NCBI RefSeq assembly: GCF_004010195.1
Contig: NC_057719.1
Coordinates: 38,240,097 to 38,304,096 of the forward strand
DNA length: 64,000 nt
Origin: Chiloscyllium plagiosum
Taxonomy: Eukaryota
Direction: 5' to 3'
The notes under the pieces were generated by a model. The model worked only from the letters and a program-made list of their open reading frames with translations, was not told the origin of the DNA and searched no databases. The translations under genes and the position numbers were made by a program. Shown one piece after another: positions 1-12,933 of this stretch; the first letter of the stretch is position 1, and every line of letters begins with the position of its first letter.

Positions 1-461
1 TGGAAAATGTTAACCTCACTGCAGTTAGTCAAAATAGGACCTTACAAAAGATGCAATGGCTTCCCAAACTGAAATGAAGAATTGTGAATGCTATTGACAG
101 AGCACCCCAAATGGGCCACTTTTTGAGGTCTTAGAATTGAGTACAACTGTGAAAAATCCCAAAGTGAAAGATATTATTTGGGTGAATGAAACATTGAAAA
201 AAAATTAAACATGGAGTATTGTATTTTAAAATTTCTATTATCAAGAGATGTCATGGACATGAAGCCTATTGCTTTTTATGATACTACTTATTCAAGTCTC
301 TGAGGGGTTTTCACACACACTGGTTTTAGGAGAGAGAGAGGGTAAATGTTGTCATTTAGGTTGGAAAGACAGTAAGAACAAAAGAGTGGTAAAACTACCT
401 TAGCAGCAGAAATTTTCACTTTTAAGACAGTGAATTCAGTATTACCCAGATAATAACTCAC

Positions 462-537
462 TGGTATAATATACATTTGACAAGATATGTGAATGAACAA
501 AAGATTGAGGATAATGTTTGCATTTTTAAAATAGATG
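462..537 (-). other. Candidate internal exon of an unidentified minus-strand gene
   Basis: Minus strand reads ttttttttcattgttcag|CATC...ACCA|gtgagt (strong acceptor and donor). Phase 1 is open (ASILKMQTLSSIFCSFTYLVKCILY) and is compatible with the 3083-3332 candidate. Confidence 0.3.
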
Positions 538-629
538 CTGAACAATGAAAAAAAAATCAATTTTGAAGTTGGCAGATAGAACTATCTGATCAGAAATACT
601 GGAAAAGTCTAATTTGGATTTTTCAAATT

Positions 630-860
630 AATTCAGGAGATGTGACGACCTTGGCTGGATCAGCATTTATTACCCATTTATGATGGCCCAGAGAGCAGTT
701 AAGAGTTAACCATATTACTGGGGATCTGAAGTCACACATAGGCCACACCAGGGAAGGACAGCAGTTTCTTTCTCTAAAGGATATTAGTGAACCAAAGGTT
801 CTTTTTTGACATTTTGGCAACCATTTTATGGTCATCATTAGACTCTTAATTCCAGGTTTC
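630..860 (-). mobile_element. tRNA-derived SINE, 3' part (family sharing its tail with the 6410-7975 LINE)
   Basis: Reverse complement matches the copies at 11540-11780 and 39690-40010, including the GGGCAATAAATGCTGG-like tail. Confidence 0.7.
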
Positions 861-874
861 ACCAGCTATTTTCA

Positions 875-970
875 GTACTAAGAAGGGTCATATTGGACTC
901 AAAACATTAACTCTGCTTTTTCTCCACAGATGCTGACAGACTTGCTGAGTTTCTCCCACATTTTCCAACT
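875..970 (+). mobile_element. Old PLE 3'-terminal relic
   Basis: Degenerate ...aagaagggtcatattggactcaaaacattaactctg...ccacagatgctgacagacttgctgag, similar to 23640-23770 and 45545-45680. Confidence 0.5.
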
Positions 971-1377
971 TTCTGAACAATCAATGTTTCTCAGTTATTT
1001 CTTCTTCACAAGAGTTAAATGGAATGATGAATGCAGGTTCTAGTCCATCTTAATTTTAACACATTGCTCATTCTAATTTTATTTAAAATCTCAACTAGTA
1101 TTTTAATTATTCTGGAACTATCAAGGCAAAGCAACTGCTGATATGGGATGTTAAAGCAAATGAAAAAGGATTTGAATGGAGATACTATCTGATACCTTCT
1201 TGTTTTCTAGAACTATTGGCTGACTTACTATGTATTTCCACACTTATTACATTTCTTTTAGCAAAACTACATCATCATTTTAATTTTTACATGCTCCTTT
1301 TATCTCAAACTTGCACAGCAACCAGCCTAGATTGGTTTGGGCCAGATATTCCTCCTGACTACCATTATTATTTTGTT

Positions 1378-2460
1378 CATTCATGGCACGTAGGAGTCAC
1401 TGATGTTACCAGTATTTATTCCCCATCACTTGGGGAATACTGTTGCCCTTGGGAAGGAATTCATAAGCCAGCTCTTGGAACTCCACTGTTCATGTGGTCA
1501 GTGAGAATCCTAGGCTGCTACTGGTGGGGGTATCAGCAACGTGTTAAGGTTTGATAGTGGATTTGGTGGGATGTAACAGAAGAACTCCATGGCTTAGGTG
1601 ATCCAAATTAACACATTTATTAGTGGTAACATATTTTAAGTGGAGGTAAACATTAAACAGTAACTGTATATATTAAGCAGTAAATATATGTAAAGCAAAT
1701 AAACATATAAAATAGTAAATGTGTATCGACAATGAGTCTCACGCCCTTACAGCCATCAGGGACTCTGCTTTACGACAGCAGGTCTGGAGAGCATGGGGTT
1801 TCTGGCACTTTTTGCCAATCCTGGTCCGAGGTGAAGTCCAATCGCAAATGCATCCAGTTGGCAACCAACGTCACTGCCTTCATACAGTCACAAAGCCCAG
1901 CCTGAGATGAGGTCCACTAAATGCGGCAAATATTAATACTATTCTGAATCTATGGTTACAACCTGTATCACCATTTTGTGGCACTTCCAGCACTTTTCCA
2001 GACATTCTATTATACAGAAAAATATCTCCAGGTAGCTCTGTATGGCAGTCCAACAGCATAGTTCGCACAGACAGCTTTAGTGTTGCGTAGTCACCTCTCA
2101 ATCAAAACAGGCTGTTTTTTGCATTTGGCCTGTTTTTCATGAACTTTTCCACTTTATTTCAATTGCTTGTTGTCATGTCCCATTAACCCTTAATGATTAA
2201 CCCTTAATGATCTGGTTTAAAGATTTCATTTTTAATCTTACCACTACACAATGGGAATAGGAATGAATGTCAAATAGGGATAATTAGGTTCTCTCTTCTT
2301 GAAGATGGCCATTGTGTGGAACTTGTGTAGCACAAAAGTTACTTACCATGCCAAGGCCTGTTGCTGTCTAGGTCTTGCTGCATCCTTGCTTCATTATCTG
2401 AGGAATTGCAAATGTTAATGAACCCTTGTAATCAGTCAAAATTCCCACGCATAACCTGAT
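1378..2460 (-). mobile_element. Degenerate CR1/L2-group LINE 3' region, interrupted by a solo LTR
   Basis: The two flanks rejoin as ...tcagcaatgggaat..., the reverse complement of sequence in the 6410-7975 LINE. Confidence 0.55.
1542..2248 (-). mobile_element. Solo LTR, 707 bp (LTR retrotransposon or ERV; family unknown)
   Basis: Termini TGTTAAGG...CCACTACA. 5-bp TSD caacg (1537-1541) / caatg (2249-2253), differing by one CpG transition. Minus-strand AATAAA at 1616-1621. Cleanly interrupts a LINE. Confidence 0.7.
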
Positions 2461-2469
2461 GTAAAAATA

Positions 2470-2760
2470 TGAATTAGGAGCAGGAGCAGACTATTCAGCT
2501 TTTTTGAGCCTGCTTCATCACTTAATAAGATCATGGGTGAACTGATTGTGTCCTCAACTCCAATTTCCTATCCATCTTTGACTATGTTTTGAATATATTA
2601 AATGACCCTACCTCTAAAGCAAATGGAGGTTCACAAATGACAGAGGAAAAAATCCACCTCCTCTCTGCCTCACATAGAGGACCCCTTAGTTTTAAACTGG
2701 GTTCTTTTGAGTTCTGGCCTCTTGTTACCTCCAGTCTGCAACATGTTGGAAGGAAGGTCA
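2470..2760 (-). mobile_element. CR1 3' end fragment
   Basis: Typical CR1 3'UTR in reverse (gaattaggagcaggagcagactattcagc...) and a degenerate ORF2 C-terminus (LKLRG...RWIFS). Confidence 0.6.
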
Positions 2761-3082
2761 ACATTGAAACATCGAAAGATGATTGAGCTCAGTCCTGTGA
2801 TTTTCTTGTAGCAATGCCCTGGGACTAATATGAAATGAACCTTTCCTCCTTAGTCTAAAGACAGCCTTTTCTTTTAAACAAACTTTTTAAAAAAATGTCA
2901 AACTCGATCAACCCACAAAGTAAAAGGGATATAATAATCTGCAAAAGTTCCTAAAATATATGTAACACACTTATGTAAATTGCATGACATTGTCAAAAAA
3001 AGGGTACATCTGAAAAACTTGCAATGCCCCCGGTAATATCCTTCAAAATCTCTCAAGTATTCTCTCCTGCAGTAACGCCTAC

Positions 3083-3332
3083 CTTTGCACCAAATGCTTT
3101 TATGTGCATTTCCAAATAATAGAAGTTTGTTTCCTTTGGCAGACATTTCAAGCAGAGTTTCTGCAGCAATGTTTCTGGTTTGGATAAATACTTTTGTACA
3201 CTATGGCTCGTCAAAATCATGTGACTAGTAATGTCACTTTCTGTAAATAAGGATTTGGGGCAGAAGCCATTGTTGTGTGCTGTATGGACTGTGGGATTGA
3301 ATGGATTTTGAAAGCTATCGTAGAGCCAGCAG
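3083..3332 (-). CDS. Candidate exon of an unidentified minus-strand gene
   Basis: Acceptor ctttactcattctctgttgtttttcacag| and donor GCAAAG|gtaggc in non-repetitive sequence. One frame is open throughout (CWLYDSFQNP...KAFGAK); an alternative internal start gives MSAKGNKLLLFGNAHKSIWCK. Confidence 0.4.
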
Positions 3333-3649
3333 CTGTGAAAAACAACAGAGAATGAGTAAAGCTCCAGTCTGCAACTTTGAGCTGGATATTCTTCCAGTCT
3401 TAACAGCAAAACTATGAAATTATGAAAGAGTTGATAAAGGAAACTGAACAAATAAGATTTGCACCTTTATTGTCAGTCCTGAGGAAAGGGTGTTGCAAGC
3501 TATATTGTACCCAGATCTCACTGAGTAGGAATAAGGATGGACTTTTGAAATTTTGAAGGTATTAAACATCTATTTTGAATCCTCTATTAATGTCATTCAC
3601 GAAGGCTATGTGTTTAACACCAGATGAAGGATAATTGATCAGTAACTGT

Positions 3650-4322
3650 AAGCTGGATTCAATGCAGTCCATTACAGCAGGAACCATTGCCTCCTCTCAC
3701 TGTGGGAGACACTCTGTGATGATCTCTGGGCAGTGGAAGAATCTTCTCTGATTAAATCAGAGAGTGGTAGGTGCTGAAGCGAGAGCCATGTGGGAGCCAT
3801 TCTGCTTTGCCATGCCCTTGGAAAGTCAGTCAGTCAACCTAAATTTCCAGCAGCCTGCTCATTGAGTGTGGGTGCTCATTTGTTATCAACCACTCTGTGC
3901 CAGATTGGGGGACATGGCATTGGCAAGGGGAGATGCCACTGAAAGCCATTCCACTACTCTTAACTCTAAATCCCTCCTCCCATTTTCCCACCAACGCACC
4001 CTCTCCTGGACCCACTCAATAGCCACCAATCCTCACTCACATTTTGATCCAGTACCCCAGGCCATTCCTGGGCCTGTGGTGAGTGCAGTGAGGCCAGTGA
4101 CCACTGCTTCCAATGGGGCCACTATACAGCTCTCTTGTCAGGTAGAACTTTCACTGCTGGAAATCCCAATAGTAGGGGAAGTCCGTTGGTGGCCACTTAA
4201 ATAGTCGAAGAATACTTGACTCAATTGAGCCTTCCCCACAAAGAAACAGGTGATATCAAGCTGGTTTTCTGACTGGTACATGAGGCAAGTCCTTCTCACA
4301 CCCTGTCCCTATATAATCCATC
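3650..4322. mobile_element. Possible old non-autonomous DNA transposon (Harbinger-like)
   Basis: GC-richer island with weak terminal inverted similarity (gctggattcaat / tataatccatc). Confidence 0.25.
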
Positions 4323-5763
4323 TCAATAACTGAGTTTCCTCTCAGGTGTGGTCTTACCACCTCAGTATTTCCAACATTTTATAGTTTTAGTTCAGATTTC
4401 CAGCATCTGCAGTATTTTGCTTTTGCCTTCAATACAAAGGCTTGTTATGAGCCAACAATATGATTTTGTAAAAATTTAGGTTAGTTTGGTTGACCATCCT
4501 TAGTTAGCATGTTGCTGGAATTAAATATATTGAAACAGTGATTAGGCTGGCCCAGGAGATTTCGGTGAAGCAGTATAGAGTTGGAATTGTATTTGCAGAG
4601 CTGCAGTTTGAATTTTAATTCTAAATATATTCCACAATCTGATTCAGTGTGGGAACTTACAGTGGAGCCACCAAGTGGAGCATTTGGTTCTAGCAGTGTA
4701 ACAGATTGTTGAGAATTATATATCCCACCAGGGCAATGTTGCCTAAAGGGATTTTATTATTAATGTTAATTCAGATTGATTAAAGGAAAGTTGCTGGTAT
4801 ACTTTCTCAAGATGCAATTTGTAAGGATACATTGGCAATTATTAGAAAATTCTAGAGTGGCTTTAGGAAATAGAGGTGCACCTTTATTAATCTGAGTTCT
4901 ATAAGGAAATAATGAAATTAGTGGATGTATCAGCATTGCAGATATTGTAAATATTGAATTTCAGGAAACTTCTGATAAGCATGTCATTTTAAGAGCTGAT
5001 GGGTAATCATTAGCAGTACCTAATCATCATGGTTATGATGCAAATACTTGCTATTTCATCAAGCAGGACTGATGGTCAGTGCTTCTGACAATTTAGTTCT
5101 ATCTCCATTTTCAGTCCTTGGTTTAGTTGTAGTTTCTTCAGCAGTACTTTGTATCTAATATATAGAAAGATATCTCTGTAAGATCAGAAAGCCCACCTCT
5201 AACAGAGAGAGATTAAGGAAGTTATTATTTTATGGTTTTATAGGCAGTTGCATGCAGATATAGGGAGTTTGATTTAAGCTGCTTAGTCCAAATTCATCTA
5301 CCAGCATGGAAAGTGAATTTATTCAGAAACAGTGATTATTGGAGGTATGGATAGAGCCTGTAGATGCTCATTGCCTAGATGTGTTGGAAAGCAAATGATA
5401 TTTTACCAGAGGAGACTAATTAGGGTGATGCAAGCATTTAAACTTGTAATTTAATCTCTAGAAGGGTTATATAACAATGTTCATTTGTCAGTTACCATGG
5501 GCGTATACTTCTAAATTCATTTCACTAATTTATATCAATCCCAAATACTAATCAAATCCAATAAATATACTATAACTATAAACAGCTTATAATTTACTTA
5601 AGGCTGAATGACTGTAACATAACTGAAATGCTTTTATTACCAGTTATTTATTTAGTCATTTAACAATATGTAGCAATTATTTGCATAGTTGATGATTAAG
5701 TACTGGTAATTGTGTTTCTGAGTGCGGTCGTAGTTGATAATGTATAAGCTGTTCACTTAATTA

Positions 5764-5784
5764 ATTCATTCATTCATTCATTCA
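5764..5784. repeat. (ATTC)n microsatellite
   Basis: attcattcattcattcattca. Confidence 0.9.
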
Positions 5785-6409
5785 AGCTTGCGTTTCTCCT
5801 TATTGTAAGTTACTCGAATAAATTCTTAGTTACTCTCAGTTGGTTGACCTAGTTCTGCAAGCCAGATTTGCACTTATATTTCACTCCTAACATTAAACTA
5901 GGTTCTCTGACTAGGAGTGAAAGGAAAGGATTAAGGATTCATTTGGTGTTGTTTAAAAATATTTTTGTCAACCTGTTTATTCTAATACCTGTCACCATAC
6001 TTTTAACCAGTTTAGGATTGACATCCTTTCCAATATCCATGTCAATGTAACTTATATAAGTAGAAATTTTACAATTTCCCCAATTTCCACTGATCTCACA
6101 TTAATTCACCTTTCTGTCTTCTCAAAGTTGCCACAGCAAATTTAAAAGTTCTTTCTTTACTAATGTGTGTAACTTACTGAACATTTTAATTTTATTCAAA
6201 CATGTTTGAGGTACTTTTAAAACTAAAACCCTCTTAGTCTTTCTTTATATTCTTTCTATTTTATATCATTCGCCATCAAAGGTGCCCACACCATCCTGAA
6301 ACTTGCAGTCATCTTTTTTAATGGTCTACTTATTTTAAATCTTTGTAATCAATTTCAAAAATATCCCATTGTTATCTTAATTTATCTTTCCACTTTGTTT
6401 AATCCATGT

Positions 6410-7975
6410 AATATCAAGAAACGGTTAGAGATACTGGAAATTGCAAAGGCTATGTTCCTGATAACCTTCTGGCAATAGTACTATAGACTTGTGCTTCAGA
6501 ACTTGCTGCTCCCCTAGTTAAGCTGTTCCAGTACAGTTACAATATTGGCATCTACACAACAATATGAAAAAGGTATGTTTTGTATATAAAAAGCAGGACA
6601 TGTCCAACTCAGCTCATTACTACCCCATTAGTGGACGCTCAATCATCAGTAAAGTGGTGGAAGGTGTCATCAATAGTGCTATCAAGCAGCACCTGCTCGG
6701 TGATGCCCAGTTTGGGTTCCACCAGGGCCACTCAGCTCCTGACCACGTGACAGCCATCATTCAAACATGGACAAAAGAACTGAACTCCAGAGGTGAGGGG
6801 ACAGTAGCAGCCCTTAATATGAAGGCTGTATTTGACCACATGAGGCATCAAGGAGCCCTAACAAAATTGCAACTAATGAGTATCGGGTCAAACTCTCTGT
6901 TGTTTTGAGTCATACCTGGTACATAGGAAGATGGTTGTAGTTGTTGGAGGTCAGTCATTTCACTCCAGGACATCTCTGCAGGAATTCATCAGAGTAGTGT
7001 CCTAGGCCCAAACATCATGTAAGTCAAGGGCACTGGTGAGCTGGCTATTTGTCCACTTTTAATTAAGAAAGGTTGCAAAGAGAAACCTGGGATCTACAGA
7101 CTGGTGAGTTTGACATCAATGACCTTCCCTCTATAGTAAGGTTGGAAGTGGGAATGTTTGCTAATGGTTACATAATGTTCAGCACCATTTGAGACTCTTC
7201 AGATACTGAAGCAGTCAATGTTCAAATGCAACAAGATCTGAATAATCTCCAGGCTTGGACTGACAAGTGGCAGGTAAGATTTGTGCCACACAAATACCAG
7301 GCAATGACCATGTCCAATAAGAGATGATCTAACCACTGACCCTTGATATTCAATGGTGTTGCCTTCAGGGAATCTCCCACTATAAACATCCTGGCGGTTA
7401 CCATTGACAGAAATTCAACAGGACTCATCACATAGACACTACAAGAGCAGGTGAGAGGCTAGGAATACTACAGTGAGTAACTTACCTCCTGCCACCCCCC
7501 AAGTCTGTCTATCATCGACAAGGCAAAAGTCAGGAGTGTGATGGAATTCTCCTCACTTGCGTGGATGAGTGTAGCCCCAACAACATTCATGAAGCTGGAC
7601 TCCATCCAGGACAAAGCAGCCCCTTGATTAGCACCACATCTACCGACACTCACTACCGACACTCAGTAGCAGCATTATATACTATCTAGAAGATGCACTG
7701 CAGAAATTCACTAAAGATCCTTAAATAACATCTTCCAAAGTCTCGATCAATTCCCCTTCAAGCAACTCACCATAAAGATTTGGAAATATATCGCAATTCC
7801 TTCACTGTCACTGGGTCAAAGTTCTTGAGTTCCTCTGTTAGAGCATTGTCGATCTACCTGCAGCACATGGACTGCAGTGCTTCAAGAAGATAGCTCATCA
7901 CCATCTTCTCAAGGCAACTAGGGATGGGCAATAAATGTTGGCCAGCCAGCCATGCTCAAGTACCATGAGTAAATT
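6410..7975 (+). mobile_element. 5'-truncated CR1/L2-group LINE (RT to 3' end; distinct from the main CR1 family), disrupted
   Basis: ORF 6564-6908 (YYPISGRSIISKVVEGVIN...QFGFHQGHS...ALNMKAVFD) has non-LTR RT motifs. Continues through a PQGS-like motif and FANG (from FADD) to the tail gggcaataaatgttggcc. Confidence 0.85.
7015..7117 (+). repeat. Local direct copy of 9328-9429 inserted into a LINE
   Basis: tcatgtaagtcaagg(g)cactggtg...gacatc aligns almost base for base with 9328-9429. Confidence 0.9.
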
Positions 7976-7989
7976 TAACAAAACTACAA

Positions 7990-8510
7990 TGTCTTGAGGG
8001 GATAAGGAAGGCAAATGGCTTTTAGCTTATGTTATTCAGGACAGTACAATATGTAAGTAATTATAGATTTAGGTGTATACAGACCGCACTGGGCCTTGGT
8101 ATTGTTATAATTTGAAGTATTGTGGCCTCCACAGTATAGTACAGATATTGGAGAAGAGTGCAGCCAAATTGATTCTCAGCTTGGGGATCTTGGTTATGGA
8201 AGTAGACTCGATGAATTGGGATCATTTTGATTTGAGAAATATAGTTTAATAAGAGAGATGGCAAAGCTTTTTCAAAAAAAAGAATGAAAGATAGATTATT
8301 TGACATGGATTTGGCTGGCTTAAGTCAGATATAATATGTGTAAAAAGTTAGGTTAGATGCCACAAGGTTTCTTTTCACAGGCGCCATCCTCTGCAACAGA
8401 ATACGAAAGCAGTTTGCCATGTGGATCCCCTTCAGAAAGGACCTAGACAAGTTCCTGAGATGGAATGACATTTCAAGTGATAAAAAAAACAGGATGTAAG
8501 GTGGCTGAGA
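7990..8510 (+). mobile_element. Old CR1 ORF2 C-terminal relic
   Basis: Degenerate aaggcaaatggc..., ttgaagtattgtg..., aaaggacctagacaagttcctg motifs. Confidence 0.45.
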
Positions 8511-9349
8511 ATAAGAAAACAAAGGTTGTTAACTTGCCTTAGGGGATTTTCAAATGGTTTTGGTTCTTAATTTTTTACCTTTCGCAAGAGATTGTGTCAC
8601 TAATAGAGGTAAGTTGTACACTGCTGCTGCTGCAGTAGGACTTGAAATACTGGAAACTCTTTACACATCCTTTTTGTTGGACACTTATCAGATACAACAG
8701 TTAGTATTCAAACCAGGTTGAATATTTTTATCATTTTTCTTCCCCTTATTCCTGCTCCACTCTTTGACTTTCTTCTGCATTGGTCTGAATGCTGCTTTGC
8801 TTCCCGTGCCCCCCCCCCCTTCATATTGTGTCACAAATTTAAACGTAGCAATGCATAATATGTAAGCATCTTGGGCCTCAGTCTAATCACACAGCCCTGT
8901 CGCCTGCCACAGTAAACCAAAGGTCACCTTATTGAATTTGCACACATCATCTGATTGACAGCTTTGTCAAGACAAAATGAAATAAAACGATTCAGACTTT
9001 GCCAGTGTTGCTACCATTGCTGCACCTACACTGGCAACTAAATCAGAAAATTATTGCTGCACTAGTTGCAATGTTTCCATCCACGTAACAGAAAATCACA
9101 CTGTTTGTGATTTTCTGTTAAACTGCTTCTGAGCTATGTTAATGCTGCTAGGTTGTGAAATGTTTCATCCATAATTTCCCAGTAACTAATATCACAAACA
9201 CCTCGTAAGGGTTCTTGTGCTATACAACTCATGGCTATCAGGCCTACATGGCACTCGCCTTGAAGGTCTCTATCATAGTTGTTCCCAAGTATGAACAAAG
9301 GTACTATTGGAGTTTAATCAGCTGGAGTCATGTAAGTCAAGGCACTGGT

Positions 9350-11055
9350 GTGCTGGCTATTTGTCCTCTTTTAATTAAGAAAGGCTGCAAAGAGAAACGT
9401 GGGATCTACAGACTGTTGAGTCTGATATCGGTGCTGGTAGGTTTTTGGAGAGGATTCGGAGAGACAGGATATACATACATTTGGAGAAGCAAGAACTGGT
9501 TAGGGTTTGAGTGTGGGCAATTGTGCCTCACAAACTTGATTGAAGACCATGGAATCATGAGCATAGAATCTCTACAGTGTGAGAGCAGGCTATTCAGCGC
9601 ATTGAGTCCACACCAAGCCTCCAAAAAGCATCCACCCAGACTTACTCTTGCCCCCCCCACCATTCCTATCCCTGTAATTCCACATTTCCCATAGCTATGC
9701 CACCTAGCCTGCATATCACTGGACACTATGGACCTAACCTGCACATCTCTGTGGGAGGGAGGAAACCAGAGCACCTGGAGGAAAGCCACACAGACACTGG
9801 GAGAATTTGCAAACTCCACAGACAGTTGCCAAAGGGTGGAGTCAAACCTGGGTCCTTAGCACTAATGAGGCAGCAGTACTAATCACTGCGCCACCATTAG
9901 ACGAGGGCACAGCAGGAGATGTTGTCTACATGGACTTTAGTAAGGTTTTTAACAAGATTCCATATGGTAGATTAGTTAGTGAAGTTAGATCATATGGGAG
10001 TCAGTGAGAGGTTGCCAACTGCTTACAAAAGTGGCTTGATGATTGGAGAGGGGGTGGTAGTGGAGGGTTGTTTTTCAGACTGCAAGCCTGGGACCAGCAG
10101 CATTCCACAGGGATCAGTGCTGGATCAACTTTTGTTTGTCATTTACATAAATGATTTGGATGAGAATATGGGAAACATAGTTAGTAAATTTGCAGATGAC
10201 ACCAAAATTGGTGATATTGTACAGAGTGAAGTAAGTTATCTAAGATTACAGAGGGAATCTTGATCAATTGGACCAATGGGCTGAGGAGTGGAATATAGAC
10301 TTTAATTTAGGTAAATGCAGGTGTTGCATTTGGTAAGAAGAACAAGGGTGAGACTTACACAGTTAATGATAGGGTCCTGAGGATTGTTGGAGCATAGAGA
10401 GATTGAGGGGTTCAGATATATAGTTCATTGAAAGTGGCATCACAGGAAGGCTTGCTTGCCTTCATTGTTCAGACCATTCAATTTGGGAGTTGCAATGTCA
10501 TGCTGCACTTGTACAGGACTTTGGTGAGGCCACTTTTGGAGGACTGCTTACAGTTCTGGTCACCCTGCTTAAGGAACAACATTATTAAATTGAAAAGGTG
10601 CAGAAAGGATTTACAGGGACTGGAGTATCAGAGTTACGAGGAGAGACTGTATAGGCTGGGACTTTTTTACTGGTGTGTAGGAGATTGAGGGATAACCTTA
10701 GAGAAGCTTATAAAATCATGAGGGATGTAGATAGGGTGAACAGCAAAGGTATTTTCCCGAGGGTTGAACAGTTGAAACCTAGACGGCAAAATTTTAAGGT
10801 GGGCGGAGAACGATTTAAAAGGGACCTGAGGAACAATTTTTTTTGTAGAGAGCGATTTGTATGTGGAATAAGCTGCCAGAGGAAGTGGTAGATGCAGGTA
10901 CATTTACAATATTTAAAAGACATTTGGACAAGTACATGAACAGGAAAGGTTTAGAGGGATATTGACCAAATGCAAGTAATTGGGACTAGTTTGTTTTGGG
11001 AAATTTGATCAGCATGGATGAGTTGGACCAAAAGGTCTGTTTCTGTGCTGTATAA
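9350..11055 (+). mobile_element. 5'-truncated CR1 LINE, disrupted
   Basis: ORF fragments DVVYMDFSKVFNKIPYGRL, PQGSVLDQLLFVIYINDLD, SKFADDTKIG, LYRTLVRPLLE, plus a CR1 3'UTR. Confidence 0.9.
9548..9897 (-). mobile_element. HE1-type V-SINE nested in CR1
   Basis: Reverse tRNA-like head and V-domain (ggaggaaaccagagcacctggaggaaagccacacagacac). Confidence 0.85.
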
Positions 11056-11539
11056 GTTTATTTCATTCCACTTTAACCTTTAGGATGTTGGCTTCGAGGA
11101 TTATTTTGCAAGAGTGAGAAGAAGCTTAGTTTTTTTAATCCCAAACCTACACTTGAAATGAGGCAGTGAGTTAAGCTACCTAATTCATCAACTACAAAAT
11201 AATCAGGGGAGAATACAGGTGGGACAAGCTTGTTAAAGAATTTATAAGTAAGGATATGAATTTTAAATGCAGTATACTATTGACTAATGGAAGTGACAAT
11301 ATCGGAAGTGATGAGCAAGCAGAAATTGAGTTTTTGTGAGCTAGCGTTTATTTGTAGGAGAGCTTGGGAAGAAAAGGGTTTGGAGAAGCTAAACTTTGGG
11401 ACAATGAAGTTAAGGCCAAAGGTTTCATTGGCACTGGAAATGATAAAAGAGCTGAGGCAAGGGATATTGCAAAAGGGGAGAAATGCAGTTTTATGAAGAG
11501 GTGAAACATATAATTTGAAGCTCAAAGCACATGAAACTA

Positions 11540-11780
11540 TTATCAACTATTATCAATTGTTGTAAAAGACACACCCACCTGGTCCACTAATGGTCTTTAG
11601 GAAAGAAGATCTGATGACCTTACCTAGTCTAGCCTGTAGACTCTAGACCCACAGCAATGTGGTTGATTCTTAACTGTCCCCTGAAATGCTCTTGGAAACC
11701 ATTCAGTTCAAAGGCAATTAGAATATGCTCCAAATGCTGGTCTTGCTGGCAATGCACACATCAAATGAAAGAAAAAAAAA
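11540..11780 (+). mobile_element. tRNA-derived SINE, 3' part (same family as 630-860 and 39690-40010)
   Basis: cacctggtccactaatggtctttaggaaag...agacccacagcaatgtggttgattcttaactg...aaatgctgg, followed by an A-rich tail. Confidence 0.7.
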
Positions 11781-12643
11781 TAAAATATATATTCTTGGGT
11801 TTATTCTGATGAAACAGTCAGAGAAGAGGGTAGAATCAGGGGCAAGATAAAGTATTTTTACCTTCATGCTTCCTAATGTAAAGTTGGATCAGTTCTGGTC
11901 CTCCTTATGGAGCTGGTTGTTGTCAGCATACCTCTGCCTGCTGATCCTGTTGCTATAAGTCCTTAAGACATTGCTTCCTGTTGAAAATTGGTTCCAGAGT
12001 ACCAGCTATCTTTCAGCAGTTGGCCCAATTCAAATGTGAGCTTTGATCCAACCTATCCTCAGGTCTCCAAATATTTGCATGTTCAATAAGGATTGCAGTA
12101 GTCATCTACAGCAAAGATCAGATGACCATGTAGCCTTCGAAGCAACCTCCACCCAAGAACACTGGGGACAATCTTATTTCCCAAACTGTTGCCCACATGA
12201 GGATCAACAAACAAAAAAAAACAACTTACAACAAATATAGTGACTTTAATGTTGAAAGCTCCTTCTGAGATCGACTAAAATAACGATCCAAGAAATATTG
12301 AAAACATTGGTTTTAAGGCAAGTATTAAAATAGGAGGGTGAGGTGAACGGGCTGTAGGGGCTCAGTCAGAGCAGCAGCAGGAGTGAAGTGGATTGAGCTC
12401 AGTTGGAACAGATGAAGCTCAGTCCGAGTGGGAGGGGAGCGGATGAAGCTCAGTCTGAGTGGGAGAGGGGTGGACATGAATCCAGAGGTGGAGTTCCAGA
12501 GGTGATGTCAGGGTGAAAAAAGTAACAGAAGGCTAGAGGATTAGCTGCTCGGGAACTGGCTTCAGAGACTGAATGAGTAGTACCTTGTGGGAGACAGACA
12601 GTAAAGTCCTTATTCTTGATGTTTGTAGCTTGTTAAGAATGTT

Positions 12644-12933
12644 GGCACGGTGGCTCAGTGGTTAGCACTGGTGCTTCACAACGCCAGGGACCTGGGTTCG
12701 ATTCCACCCTTGGGTAACTGTCTGTGTGGAGTTGTACATTCTCCCTGTGTCTGTGTGGGTTTCCTCCCATAGTTCATAGATGTGCAGGCTAGGTGGATTA
12801 GCCATGGGAAATGCTGAGTTACAGGGATAGAGTAAGGGGGGCGGGGGGTGAGTCTGTGTGGGATTCTCTTCAAAGAGGTGGTGTGAACCGTTTGGGTCAA
12901 TGGCCTGCTTCCACACAGTAGGGATTCTATGAT
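12644..12933 (+). mobile_element. HE1-type V-SINE
   Basis: A box ggtggctcagtggttagc, B box gggttcgattcc, partly deleted V-domain, CR1-like tail. Confidence 0.9.

Noticed and set aside
1572..2248. LTR starting at tgtaac (1572)
   Set aside because: No TSD at that boundary; the start at 1542 gives a 5-bp TSD and restores the host LINE.
12355..12480. CRISPR-like repeat/spacer array
   Set aside because: Few, degenerate, adjacent units in a vertebrate LINE 5'UTR; no cas genes or prokaryotic DNA in the window.
12644..12710. tRNA genes (also ~31950-32014, 39695-39775, 47782-47845)
   Set aside because: A/B boxes run directly into SINE bodies; these are SINE heads.
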